A stretch of 64,000 nucleotides of DNA from Candidatus Methanomethylophilaceae archaeon. Lineage in GTDB: Archaea; Thermoplasmatota; Thermoplasmata; Methanomassiliicoccales; Methanomethylophilaceae. Of this stretch, positions 26,950 to 36,603 are shown piece by piece. Position numbers and translations under genes: made by a program. Below the pieces are notes generated by a model. The model was not told the DNA's origin. It did no database searches and was given only the letters and a program-made list of their open reading frames with translations. The stretch is taken from the NCBI GenBank assembly GCA_035271165.1, contig DATERX010000028.1:1-64000 (forward strand), written 5' to 3'. How positions within the stretch are numbered: position 1 is the first letter of the stretch; each line of letters begins with the position of its first letter.

Positions 26950-27888
26950 TCACCTCCTGAGATAGCTCAGCTGTGAATGTATAGCATACAGTTCCGCCTG
27001 CATCCTGGCCTCGGTCGCCCTTATCTCAGACATGGCGTTCTCGTGATAGCGTTGTGCTATCTCGTCCGCCTTCTTGGTGATGCTGGAATGACACGCCCTG
27101 CAGGCATAGATTGCCTCGTGGTCCTCCGTCTCGGAGGTAAGGGGCTCCCTGCCCGGCGGCGTACGGAGCGCTGGCGATATGTCGCTGGGGAGTGCGAAGA
27201 AATGTATACCAAGGCCGGAGACGACCCTGCCGCAATACCAGCATTTGCATGTCTTCGCATAATCGTTGATCAACCGGAGGTTCTCCTCCCCGGTATCGCC
27301 CATCTGTTTCCGGTATCCGTAAGCTATCTGTTGGTACTCGGCGGCCTTTCGCGGATCTTCCCAGACGGTACCAGTGGCATAGGCCTCATATCCCATGGCC
27401 ATAAGCATGGCACCTTCCTTCATACCGGTCCTTGTCGTATCGTTGTTGTAAATCTCGCTTAATTTCAAAGTCTCTTCGCCGACCTCGGTCTGATACCTCT
27501 GCGCTAATTCGACGAGCTTCTGGCCCTTGTCGACGAGATCCCTTCCGGAGCCGCGCATATTGGTGATTCTTATCTCCTCGATGGCAAGCTCCGATTGTTT
27601 GATCATGGTCTCGGTATTCACCATCGTCAGGCCGAACTCGAACTCCTTGGCATCGGTATTCTTAAGCGATGTGATGAGATTCCTATATGCTCCGACGTCC
27701 CCCATGTTGCCACGTAGATCAATCATGCCGACCACGACGGCCGAAAGGTCGTCTGGACCGCCATCCTTCCTTATCGATAGGAGGAGCCTTTCCCGTGCCT
27801 TGGCGAATTCCCCCTGCCGTATCAGGTCCATTCCCTGAATGTGCAGGTCATCTGCTTTCTTGAATCTGGAGAAAACCATCTGCTTCAT
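26950..27888 (-). CDS. 312-aa helical (TPR-like N-terminus) protein with C-terminal Cys-rich zinc-ribbon-like region; first gene of operon
   Basis: DLIRQGEFAKARERLLLSI helical-repeat-like N-terminus; CKCWYCG...CRACH cysteine cluster; C-terminal coiled coil. Confidence 0.4.
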   Translation of the reverse strand: MKQMVFSRFKKADDLHIQGMDLIRQGEFAKARERLLLSIRKDGGPDDLSAVVVGMIDLRGNMGDVGAYRNLITSLKNTDAKEFEFGLTMVNTETMIKQSELAIEEIRITNMRGSGRDLVDKGQKLVELAQRYQTEVGEETLKLSEIYNNDTTRTGMKEGAMLMAMGYEAYATGTVWEDPRKAAEYQQIAYGYRKQMGDTGEENLRLINDYAKTCKCWYCGRVVSGLGIHFFALPSDISPALRTPPGREPLTSETEDHEAIYACRACHSSITKKADEIAQRYHENAMSEIRATEARMQAELYAIHSQLSYLRR

Positions 27889-28123
27889 CCCAATATGGGA
27901 TTATTAAGTTAAAAACTATCTGACATGGATCGCACATAAAGAAAGAGGACGAAGTGTTAATGATAGGTTCAGAACGGAACCGCCCCCTCACCGTCTGAAT
28001 ATTCCACAGCTGTTAATGATTCAATCTCCATGTGCAATCCAGAGGTATGACGGGTGACCTGCAAACACGTGCCTTACTGTTCTAATCATTACTTTGTCCG
28101 CGTAATGGTATAAAATGATAGAT

Positions 28124-28131
28124 TTATATAG
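28124..28131 (+). promoter_or_regulatory. TATA box (TTTATATA) of thermosome gene; GGAGG RBS at 28181-28185
   Basis: AT-rich box 63 nt upstream of ATG 28194; the position fits an archaeal promoter with a ~35-nt leader. Confidence 0.5.
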
Positions 28132-28193
28132 AAGAACAAACTTTAACCACTATAATCCACAGAAATGGAATATTGTATTGGAGGATAAAAAAC

Positions 28194-29816
28194 ATGGGTA
28201 TGGGTAACGCACCTATTTTGATTCTTAGAGAAGGAACCAAGAGGAATAAAGGAAAGGACGCTCAATACAACAACATCTCGGCGGCAAGGGCCATCGCAGA
28301 TTCAGTAAAGAGCAGCCTAGGACCCAGGGGTATGGACAAGATGCTTGTCGACTCACTGGGAGACGTCGTCATTACGAATGACGGAGTTACAATTTTGAAA
28401 GAGATGGATGTGCAACATCCCGCGGCAAAGATGCTCGTAGAGGTTGCAAAGGCACAAGATGCAGAGGTAGGGGACGGAACAACATCCTCCGTCATAATAA
28501 CAGGCGAACTCCTGAAGAAGGCGGTCGACCTGATCGAATCCAACGTTCACCCCACCATCATCACAGCAGGATACAAGCTTGCCAACGATGAGGCACAGAA
28601 GGTATTGTTGGACATCGCGAAAAAGGTCACCATCGATGATGAGGAGATCCTAAGGAAGGTCGCCGAGATCGCTATGATAAGCAAACAGGCGAGCGGTGCG
28701 AAGGAATACTTTGCCAAACTGACCGTTGATGCCGTCAGGACCGTCGCGGAGAAGGGCGAGGACGGAAAATACACCGTTGACCTTAGCAACATCCAGACAG
28801 TCAAGAAGGCTGGTGCAAGGATGGAGGAGACCAAGCTCTACAAGGGATTGGTCATCGACAAGGAACCCGTACAGCCCAGCATGCCTAAGGTCGTAAAGGA
28901 CGCGAAGATCGCTCTCATCGATGCTGCTTTCGAGGTCAAGAAGACCGAGATGGAGGCAAAGATCCAGATCACAGACCCCTCCCAGATGGCAGGTTTCATC
29001 GCAGAGGAAGAGAACATGCTCAGAAGGATGGTCGACTCAGTCAAGGCATCCGGAGCCAACGTGGTGTTCTGCCAGAAAGGTATCGACGACGTAGCACAGC
29101 ACATGTTCGCCAGCGCGGGGATATTCGCATGCAGGCGTGTCAAGAAGAGTGATATGGACAGGCTAGCTAAGTCCACCGGTGCATCCGTCATCAACAAGGT
29201 GAGGGACATAAGCGCCGAGGACCTCGGATTTGCGGGCAAGGTCGAAGTGAAGAAGGTCGAGAACGAAGAGATGACCTTCATCACAGAGGTCAAAGACCCC
29301 AAGACTGTCTCCGTGCTCGTAAGGGGCGGAACCCAACATGTCGCAGACGAGATCGAGAGATCCCTTGTGGACGCATGGTCCGCAGTAAAGGCCACAGTAG
29401 AGGACGGCCTTATCGAGACCGGCGGTGGATCCAAGGAGATGGAGATCGCAATGCGCCTCAGGGACCACGCATCATCCATCGGTGGAAGGACACAGATCGC
29501 TCTCGAAGCGTTTGCATCCGCCATGGAGGTAATCCCGGCGACACTCGCCGAGAACGCAGGTCTAGACCCCATCGACATGCTCATCGAGATGAGGAAACAG
29601 CACAAGGAGGGCAAGATAACGGCTGGAATCAACCCCTTCACCGGAAAGGTGGAGGACATGATGAAATCCAATGTCATCGAACCCTATAGAGTCGGTAAAC
29701 AGGCCATCAACGCCGCTACCGACACCGCTGTGATGATCCTCAGGATCGACGATGTCATAGCATCCTCCAGTAGCGGAGAGATGGACATGGGCGATCTCGA
29801 CGACTACGACGAGTGA
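28194..29816 (+). CDS. ths: Thermosome subunit (group II chaperonin)
   Basis: N-terminal [14 protein letters not shown] motif GDGTTS, acidic MGDLDDYDE tail. Start at ATG 28194 after the RBS, not the ORF-track 28173. Confidence 0.9.
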   Translation: MGMGNAPILILREGTKRNKGKDAQYNNISAARAIADSVKSSLGPRGMDKMLVDSLGDVVITNDGVTILKEMDVQHPAAKMLVEVAKAQDAEVGDGTTSSVIITGELLKKAVDLIESNVHPTIITAGYKLANDEAQKVLLDIAKKVTIDDEEILRKVAEIAMISKQASGAKEYFAKLTVDAVRTVAEKGEDGKYTVDLSNIQTVKKAGARMEETKLYKGLVIDKEPVQPSMPKVVKDAKIALIDAAFEVKKTEMEAKIQITDPSQMAGFIAEEENMLRRMVDSVKASGANVVFCQKGIDDVAQHMFASAGIFACRRVKKSDMDRLAKSTGASVINKVRDISAEDLGFAGKVEVKKVENEEMTFITEVKDPKTVSVLVRGGTQHVADEIERSLVDAWSAVKATVEDGLIETGGGSKEMEIAMRLRDHASSIGGRTQIALEAFASAMEVIPATLAENAGLDPIDMLIEMRKQHKEGKITAGINPFTGKVEDMMKSNVIEPYRVGKQAINAATDTAVMILRIDDVIASSSSGEMDMGDLDDYDE

Positions 29817-29834
29817 AACGGTAAATCAAACACA

Positions 29835-29853
29835 GGGGGGGGTTTTACCCCCT
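29835..29853 (+). terminator. Hairpin GGGGGGGG-TTTTA-CCCCCC after thermosome stop
   Basis: Strong G/C stem 19 nt after the stop codon. Confidence 0.45.
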
Positions 29854-29885
29854 CCCGACCTTACAAAAACCTGAGATGATCGCAG

Positions 29886-30455
29886 ATGACTGATAAGTCC
29901 AGAAAGGGAAAAGAGCTGAAAAAAAAAGGTCTGGAAGAGGAGGTTGTGTACCACACAGAATCCGTGAAGGACGAGCTCACAGAAGCGATGGCACTGGCCG
30001 ATCAATATCTCGATGCGGCCAAACGAATACAGGCGGACTTCGACAATTATAGAAAAAGGTCCGTCAAAGAGATGAATGATTTCAAGAGAAAGGCCACGGA
30101 TGACCTGATCACCGAACTACTGAGCACTGTCGACGACCTAGACAGAGCGCTCGAGAACACGGATGAGGACACAGAGTTCATTCGCGGAATAAAGGGCGTA
30201 CGGCAAAACCTGATGAAGGCGCTGGCGTCCTACGGGCTCGAAGAGATCCCGACCAATTGCAAATTCAATCCCGAATACCATGAGGCACTGAGTGTCGCGG
30301 AAGGGAAAGAGGACGGGGAGATAGCTGAGGTGTACCAGAAAGGGTACGTCTGCGGCGACCGCGTCCTTAGATATTCAAAGGTCAAAGTGAATAAGGCTCT
30401 CGAGAAAGAGGGTCAGACAGCCGGAGAGACGGCAGAACAAAACAGAGAGGAATGA
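29886..30455 (+). CDS. grpE: Nucleotide exchange factor GrpE
   Basis: Coiled-coil N-terminus, DFDNYRKR motif, ~190 aa. Confidence 0.85.
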   Translation: MTDKSRKGKELKKKGLEEEVVYHTESVKDELTEAMALADQYLDAAKRIQADFDNYRKRSVKEMNDFKRKATDDLITELLSTVDDLDRALENTDEDTEFIRGIKGVRQNLMKALASYGLEEIPTNCKFNPEYHEALSVAEGKEDGEIAEVYQKGYVCGDRVLRYSKVKVNKALEKEGQTAGETAEQNREE

Positions 30456-30463
30456 GAGATATG

Positions 30464-32323
30464 TCAAGAATAATAGGAATCGATCTGGGGACCAGCAACT
30501 CAGCTGCGGCGGCGATGGAGGGCGGCAGGCCGACCATCATCCCCAGCGCCGAAGGAACAAGCGTGGGCGGAAAATCATTCCCGTCCTACGTGGCATTCAC
30601 AAAAGAAGGCGAACTGCTGGTTGGAGAACCGGCAAGGAGACAGGCGGTAACAAACCCTGAGGGTACCATAAAGAACGTAAAGAGGAAGATGGGGTCCAAT
30701 GAGAAGATCACCATATTCGGTAAGGATTACACACCCCAGCAGATTTCCGCATTCATACTTCAGAAGATTAAGAGGGATTCAGAGTCCTTCCTAGGAGAGA
30801 CGATAAACAAGGCGGTCATCACGGTGCCCGCATACTTCGACGATAACCAGAGGCAGGCCACCAAGGATGCCGGGGCGATTGCCGGACTTGAAGTCGTACG
30901 TATGATCAACGAGCCCACATCCGCCGCTTTGGCGTTCGGTCTCGACAAGAGTGACACAGAACAGAAGATAATGGTCTTCGACTTCGGAGGAGGAACCCTC
31001 GATGTCACGATCATGGACCTTAGCGACGGGGTCTTTGAGGTCCTTTCGACGAAAGGGGACACCAAGCTCGGCGGATCGGACATGGATGAGAACATCACCA
31101 AGTACGTCACCGACGAGTTCAAGAAACAGACCGGTGTCGACCTAACCACGGACAAGATGGCGTTCTGGAGAGTGAGGGAAGCATGTGAGAAGGCGAAGAT
31201 CGAACTCTCGACAACCATGCAGACCGAGATAAACCTCCCCTTCATATCATCCGACGCCTCGGGACCCAAGCACCTTGTGCAGACGCTAACTCGCTCCAAG
31301 CTCGAGGAACTTGTGGAACCCATCATCGTAAGATGCAAGGAAAGCATAACCGGAGCCGTCAAGGATGCTAAGATCAAGATGGACGACATCGACAAGATCA
31401 TAATGGTGGGAGGTCCGACAAGGATGCCCTCCGTCCAGAACTACGTCGAGAGCGTCGTAGGACCCAAGATTCAGCGCGGAATAGACCCGATGGAATGTGT
31501 TTCCATGGGAGCCGCGGTCCAGGGAGCCGTACTTTCAGGGGACGTCAAGGACGTCCTCCTGCTGGACGTAACGCCCCTGACCCTCGGTATCGAGACCCTC
31601 GGCGGTGTGGCGACCCCGCTCATCGAGAGGAACACCACCATACCCACCAAGAAATCACAGATATTCTCCACCGCGGCCGATAACCAGCCCTCGGTCGAGA
31701 TCAACGTGGTTCAGGGTGAGAGAAAGATGGCCGCGGACAACACGTCGCTCGGTCGCTTCATACTAGACGGTATACCTCCAGCACCCCGCGGGATACCTCA
31801 GATAGAGGTCACATTTGACATCGATGCCAACGGTATCGTGACGGTGACTGCTAAGGACACGGGAACCGGCAAGGTACAGAAGATAACAATCGCATCATCA
31901 AGCAAGCTCAATGACGACGAGATTGAACAGATGATCAAGGACGCGGAGAAGTTCGCGGACGCAGACAAGAAGAAGGTCGAGGTTATCGAAGTCCACAACC
32001 AGGCGGAATCCAACATTCATATGGTCCGTAAGTCACTGGACGAGCTCGGGGACAAGGTCTCACAGGAAGAGAGGTCATCCGTGGAAGCGGCGATCACCGA
32101 CCTTGAGACCGCGAACAAGACCGAGGACATCGACCAGATCAAGGGCAAGATAGATGCACTGATGAAGGCCTTCGAACCCATATCCACAAGGATATACCAG
32201 GAGGCCTCACAGGCACAGGCCGAAACCGGAGGACCCAAAGGACAGAAGTCCCACGAGAACCCCGAGGACGACGTCGTCGATGCGGACTTCAAGATAGTCG
32301 ATGACGACGAAGAAAAGAACTGA
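30464..32323 (+). CDS. dnaK: Chaperone DnaK (Hsp70)
   Basis: [18 protein letters not shown] and other Hsp70 signatures; acidic C-terminus. Confidence 0.95.
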   Translation, partial: SRIIGIDLGTSNSAAAAMEGGRPTIIPSAEGTSVGGKSFPSYVAFTKEGELLVGEPARRQAVTNPEGTIKNVKRKMGSNEKITIFGKDYTPQQISAFILQKIKRDSESFLGETINKAVITVPAYFDDNQRQATKDAGAIAGLEVVRMINEPTSAALAFGLDKSDTEQKIMVFDFGGGTLDVTIMDLSDGVFEVLSTKGDTKLGGSDMDENITKYVTDEFKKQTGVDLTTDKMAFWRVREACEKAKIELSTTMQTEINLPFISSDASGPKHLVQTLTRSKLEELVEPIIVRCKESITGAVKDAKIKMDDIDKIIMVGGPTRMPSVQNYVESVVGPKIQRGIDPMECVSMGAAVQGAVLSGDVKDVLLLDVTPLTLGIETLGGVATPLIERNTTIPTKKSQIFSTAADNQPSVEINVVQGERKMAADNTSLGRFILDGIPPAPRGIPQIEVTFDIDANGIVTVTAKDTGTGKVQKITIASSSKLNDDEIEQMIKDAEKFADADKKKVEVIEVHNQAESNIHMVRKSLDELGDKVSQEERSSVEAAITDLETANKTEDIDQIKGKIDALMKAFEPISTRIYQEASQAQAETGGPKGQKSHENPEDDVVDADFKIVDDDEEKN

Positions 32324-32336
32324 GGCGTGACTGTAG

Positions 32337-33476
32337 ATGGGTAAAGACTACTATGAGACGCTCGGAGTCACTAAAGATTCCACACCCGACGAGGTAAAGA
32401 AGGCATACCGTAAGCTCGCCAAGAAATATCATCCGGACGTGACCTCGGAGCCCAAAGATGTGGCCGAGGCCAAGTTCAAGGATATATCCGAGGCTTACGA
32501 GGTGCTCTCAGACCCCGAGAAGAAGGAGACATACGACAGGTTCGGTAGCGATGCCGTCAACAGTCATTTCTCCGGAGGCGGGTTCTCATGGGAAGATTTC
32601 ACCCACGCAGACGACATCAACGACATCTTCGGAGACATCTTCGGAGACATCTTCGGAGGTTTCGGAAGAGGCTCCGGGTCCAGGAACAGGGGTCCCCACC
32701 AGGGGAGCTCCCTGCGCATGGACGTGGAGATCACCCTCAACGATGTCCTCAAGGGCGTCAAAAAGAACCTTGAGGTCCCCCACACCGCAAAGTGCGGGGA
32801 CTGTGAGGGTACCGGCGCCAAGGACGGGAAGACCGAGACATGCACACAGTGTAAGGGTAGCGGTCAGACCCGTACCGTACGTCAGACCATGTTCGGCAAC
32901 ATGGTCTCCGTATCCGATTGTCCCAAATGCCGCGGTAAAGGACAGTCCTTCGAGGACAAATGTCCCAAATGCCGCGGTTCGGGATACATTCAGAAGACCA
33001 CAAAGGTCGAGGTGAACATCCCCAAGGGAGTTCATGACGGCTCCACCGTCAGCCTCAGGGGGATGGGGGACGCCAGTCCCGACGGTGGTCCGTCCGGCGA
33101 CCTGTTCGTGTTCGTACACGTGAAGAAGCACGACTCCTTCGAACGCGACGGTGCGAACCTATGGACAGGTATAACGACGACATATCCGAGACTGGTTCTC
33201 GGAGGGGAAGAGGAGGTCCGTACACTGGAAGGTGAAAGGGTCATGCTCAAGATACCCAAGGGGACACAGGTGGGCTCCGTGCTCAGGATAAACGGAAAGG
33301 GTCTGCCCCGTTCGACGAATTCACCCTCGCGTGGCGATATGCTCGTCCGTGTGAAAATCGAAGTCCCGAAGAAGGTGTCCAAGGAGGATACCGAGCTGCT
33401 TAAGAAGCTGGACGAAGGGTCCGGCAGGAAGAAGCCTAAGCAGACACTCCGGGACAAGATCGAGGATATTTTTTAA
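32337..33476 (+). CDS. dnaJ: Chaperone DnaJ (Hsp40), type I
   Basis: J-domain with HPD; G/F region including a 3x DIFG repeat; four CxxCxGxG zinc-finger repeats. Confidence 0.9.
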   Translation: MGKDYYETLGVTKDSTPDEVKKAYRKLAKKYHPDVTSEPKDVAEAKFKDISEAYEVLSDPEKKETYDRFGSDAVNSHFSGGGFSWEDFTHADDINDIFGDIFGDIFGGFGRGSGSRNRGPHQGSSLRMDVEITLNDVLKGVKKNLEVPHTAKCGDCEGTGAKDGKTETCTQCKGSGQTRTVRQTMFGNMVSVSDCPKCRGKGQSFEDKCPKCRGSGYIQKTTKVEVNIPKGVHDGSTVSLRGMGDASPDGGPSGDLFVFVHVKKHDSFERDGANLWTGITTTYPRLVLGGEEEVRTLEGERVMLKIPKGTQVGSVLRINGKGLPRSTNSPSRGDMLVRVKIEVPKKVSKEDTELLKKLDEGSGRKKPKQTLRDKIEDIF

Positions 33477-33490
33477 GAATTAGGTGAAAG

Positions 33491-33577
33491 TGGCGCCGAG
33501 AGGGAGATTCGAACTCCCGAGGCCTTGCGGCCAGCGGTTTTCGAGACCGCCACCCTACCGGACTAGATTACCTCGGC
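33491..33577 (-). tRNA. tRNA-Ser(CGA), class II with long variable arm
   Basis: Reverse complement reads GCCGAGG...GCGGT-CTCGAAA-ACCGC...variable arm TGGCCGCAAGGCCTC...GGGAG-TTCGAAT-CTCCC-TCTCGGC-G-CCA. Confidence 0.8.
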
Positions 33578-33664
33578 TTGGCGATAGAATCCTGTCCGCA
33601 TATTATTAAATTTCGTATTCATATACGGTTCCACGGCACCCCTATAGGTTGCAATGAGAATAAC

Positions 33665-34999
33665 ATGACAGGAAAAATTACGTCAAACGATATCACAAAG
33701 CAGATAATCGAAGCAAAATCAGCCGCGGTAAGGCTCTCTGCCTTAGACAACGATACCAAGAACAAGGCATTGAAGGCGATGACCGATGCCCTTGACAAGA
33801 ACAGGGACAAGATATTGGAAGCGAACGCCAAGGATATGGAAGCGGCGGAATCCCTTGTAAAGGCAGGGAAGCTGACTAGGGCCATGGTGGACAGGCTCTA
33901 CGTGGATGACAATAAGATCTCAGGCATGATAGCAGGGATCGAGGACGTGGCATCCTTCGAGGATCCCGTCGGAGAGATCATGTCCGCGATCGAGCTGGAC
34001 GACAACCTCACACTATTCCAAGTCCGTTGTCCTATAGGCCTTCTGGGAGTGATATTCGAATCACGCCCTGATGTCATCCCACAGATAATGTCATTATGTC
34101 TCAAGAGCGGCAACGCCGTCACATTCAAAGGAGGGTCCGAGGCAGCCAATTCCAACAGGGCGATTTTCAAGATCCTATCGAAAGCCATCGGCACAACCGA
34201 TGTGCCCGAGAAGGCCTTTGTCCTCATGGAGACCCGCGAGGATATAGGCATAATACTCGAAATGGACGAGTACATAGATCTTTTGATACCTAGAGGTTCG
34301 AACTCCTTCGTGAGATACATAGAGGACAACACAAGGATCCCGGTGTTGGGTCATTCCGAAGGGATATGCAACATTTTTGTCGATAAGACAGCGGACCTCG
34401 AGAAGGCATACCGCGTGACCCTGGATTCAAAGATACAGTATCCCGCCGCATGCAATACAGTGGAGAACCTTCTGGTTCACAGCGCCATCGCCGACGCGTT
34501 CCTTCCGAACATGTGCAAACTGTTCAAGGATAACGACGTAGAGGTACGTGCGGACGACAGGGCGGCGGCCGTGATGGGATCCGGAGTCCTCCAAGCGACC
34601 GAGGAGGATTGGGCAACGGAATACGGCGACCGCGTCATATCGATAAAGACCGTCGATTCCATCGAAGAGGCAGTTGAGTTCATTGAGAAATACGGATCAT
34701 GTCACACGGACTCCATAGTCACCGAGAGCCAAGGAAACATGTCATACTTCGTCAAGATGGTGGACTCGGCCGACGTGTTCATAAACGCGTCCACTAGATT
34801 TGCCGATGGATACAGATTCGGCAAAGGTGCGGAGGTAGGGATAAGCACCGGAAAGGTACACTCCAGAGGCCCTGTCGGGATGGAGGGACTGATGATCTAC
34901 AAATACGTCCTAATCGGGGACGGACAGGTTGTGAAGGATTACGCTGGTGGCGATAAGAAGTTCAAACACAAACGTGTGAAAGAGGAATACCCTCTTTGA
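33665..34999 (+). CDS. proA: Gamma-glutamyl phosphate reductase ProA
   Basis: Aldehyde-dehydrogenase-family ProA profile. Start at MTGKITS (33665); the ORF-track start at 33578 would overlap tRNA-Ser. Confidence 0.85.
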   Translation: MTGKITSNDITKQIIEAKSAAVRLSALDNDTKNKALKAMTDALDKNRDKILEANAKDMEAAESLVKAGKLTRAMVDRLYVDDNKISGMIAGIEDVASFEDPVGEIMSAIELDDNLTLFQVRCPIGLLGVIFESRPDVIPQIMSLCLKSGNAVTFKGGSEAANSNRAIFKILSKAIGTTDVPEKAFVLMETREDIGIILEMDEYIDLLIPRGSNSFVRYIEDNTRIPVLGHSEGICNIFVDKTADLEKAYRVTLDSKIQYPAACNTVENLLVHSAIADAFLPNMCKLFKDNDVEVRADDRAAAVMGSGVLQATEEDWATEYGDRVISIKTVDSIEEAVEFIEKYGSCHTDSIVTESQGNMSYFVKMVDSADVFINASTRFADGYRFGKGAEVGISTGKVHSRGPVGMEGLMIYKYVLIGDGQVVKDYAGGDKKFKHKRVKEEYPL

Positions 35000-35179
35000 A
35001 CGTTAAAAGCGAGTCTCTGAATTCCGATATCCAAGGATCAAACCATATATCGGGCCCCGTGCCCACATAATATTTTTCCAATCAACAACCCAATGGATCC
35101 CCAGCACAGTTCCAGTAACAAAGGGGAGGAGGCTGTACGCGAAGCGTCTGAATCCATAATATCTTTAAAGACTGCCGAT

Positions 35180-35345
35180 ACTACAGAAAACAAGGAAGTT
35201 CATTGAAAAATATGACTCGAACCATACGGACTCGACAATCACCGGGAATGAGGACAAAATGATATGTTTCATCAGAACGGAGGATTCAGACGACGTGTTC
35301 AACAACACATCCGCTAGATTCGCCAAAGGTGCATAGATCAGGAAA
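35180..35345 (+). pseudogene. Decayed partial duplicate of the proA 3' end (~55 codons) in the proA-proB spacer
   Basis: ~70% nt identity to 34660-34830. Translation reads KYDSNHTDSTITGNEDKMICFIRTEDSDDVFNNTSARFAKGA* against the ProA C-terminus EKYGSCHTDSIVTESQGNMSYFVKMVDSADVFINASTRFADGYRFGKGAEV, with internal stops and a 15-nt deletion. Confidence 0.7.
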
Positions 35346-35475
35346 AGTGTAAAACAAACGATGGAAGGCAGATGGGAAGCTGGTGCCTCATGATATGTGA
35401 ACATGTTCCTTTTGGATGCTCAAATGGCAAAACCGTTGGTAACTGTACTTTTAATCACATTAAAACAGAAAGGAC

Positions 35476-36603
35476 GTGCCTTCTTTGAGTGAAAGAAAAG
35501 AATTACTCGGAGAGGTAAAACGCATAGTCGTAAAGGTCGGAACCTCATCCATATCAAGGAATTCCCGTGAGGAATCGATGAAATTCTTAGAGGATGTCGC
35601 AAGTCAGATCAAGACCCTTAGGGATTCAGGCATCGAGGTGTTGCTCGTATCCTCTGGTGCGATAGGCATAGGTTTGGACATCATGGGAGTCGAGGCCCAC
35701 CCGAAGGATATCCCCCTGAGACAGGCTGCCGCTTCTGTAGGACAGTCAGTCCTTATGTACAGGTGGAACGCGGCCTTTGATAAATATTACCTGACGGGAG
35801 CGCAGATCCTACTAACTATGGACGCCTACTCCGTGAGGGAGACGGCCAACAATCTGGATAACACCATAGAGACTCTGCTTGAGAACGGCGTCGTCCCAAT
35901 CTTCAATGAGAACGATGCGATCTGTACGAGGGAGATAGACGCCATGTTTGGCGATAACGATAAACTATCGGCCATCATCGCAAGTAATACAGAATCGGAT
36001 CTCCTCATCATACTTTCGGATGTCGACGGTCTTTACGATAAGAACCCGAAGTTATACTCGGATGCAAAGATGATCAAGACGGTTAGTTCCATAGATGAGG
36101 TGAAACACATGGCCGGTGACCCGACCACCCGTGTGGGCGTCGGAGGCATGAAGGCCAAGCTCAAGGCGGCCCGCATCTGTGCCGATGCCGGATGTAGGAT
36201 GATAATCGCATCCGGTTTCGAAAGGAACACGATCGTGGATGCGGCCATGGGAGAGGAAATAGGAACGATATTCATCTCCAACTCCGAAATACCCAAGAAG
36301 AGACGGTGGCTCAAGTTAGCCCATCCCCAAGGTACGATAACCATCGATGAGGGGGCGGCGAAGGCTTTGAGGAAGCACAGATCGCTTCTACCCGTCGGAG
36401 TGACGAGCGTGTCGGGTTTCTTTGAAGAGGGTGACATGGTCGACGTAGTCCATGGAGGCACGGTCGTAGCCCATGGCATGTCCAACTACAATTCCGAAGA
36501 CATCATAACGATTATCGGCATGAGGTCCAGAGAAGTGGAAAAGATCATGGGCAAGGACCGTCAGACCGACGTCATAAATCGAGAGAACATGGTCATGATG
36601 TGA
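35476..36603 (+). CDS. proB: Glutamate 5-kinase ProB with C-terminal PUA domain
   Basis: VVKVGTSSIS, amino-acid-kinase fold and C-terminal PUA (GTITIDEGAAKAL...VVAHG). No ATG at the 5' end; GTG/TTG start likely. Confidence 0.85.
   Translation: MPSLSERKELLGEVKRIVVKVGTSSISRNSREESMKFLEDVASQIKTLRDSGIEVLLVSSGAIGIGLDIMGVEAHPKDIPLRQAAASVGQSVLMYRWNAAFDKYYLTGAQILLTMDAYSVRETANNLDNTIETLLENGVVPIFNENDAICTREIDAMFGDNDKLSAIIASNTESDLLIILSDVDGLYDKNPKLYSDAKMIKTVSSIDEVKHMAGDPTTRVGVGGMKAKLKAARICADAGCRMIIASGFERNTIVDAAMGEEIGTIFISNSEIPKKRRWLKLAHPQGTITIDEGAAKALRKHRSLLPVGVTSVSGFFEEGDMVDVVHGGTVVAHGMSNYNSEDIITIIGMRSREVEKIMGKDRQTDVINRENMVMM

Noticed and set aside
33578-33664. ORF-track start of proA at 33578
   Set aside because: It would overlap the minus-strand tRNA-Ser (33491-33577) region with no ProA homology. 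ProA similarity starts at MTGKITS (33665).
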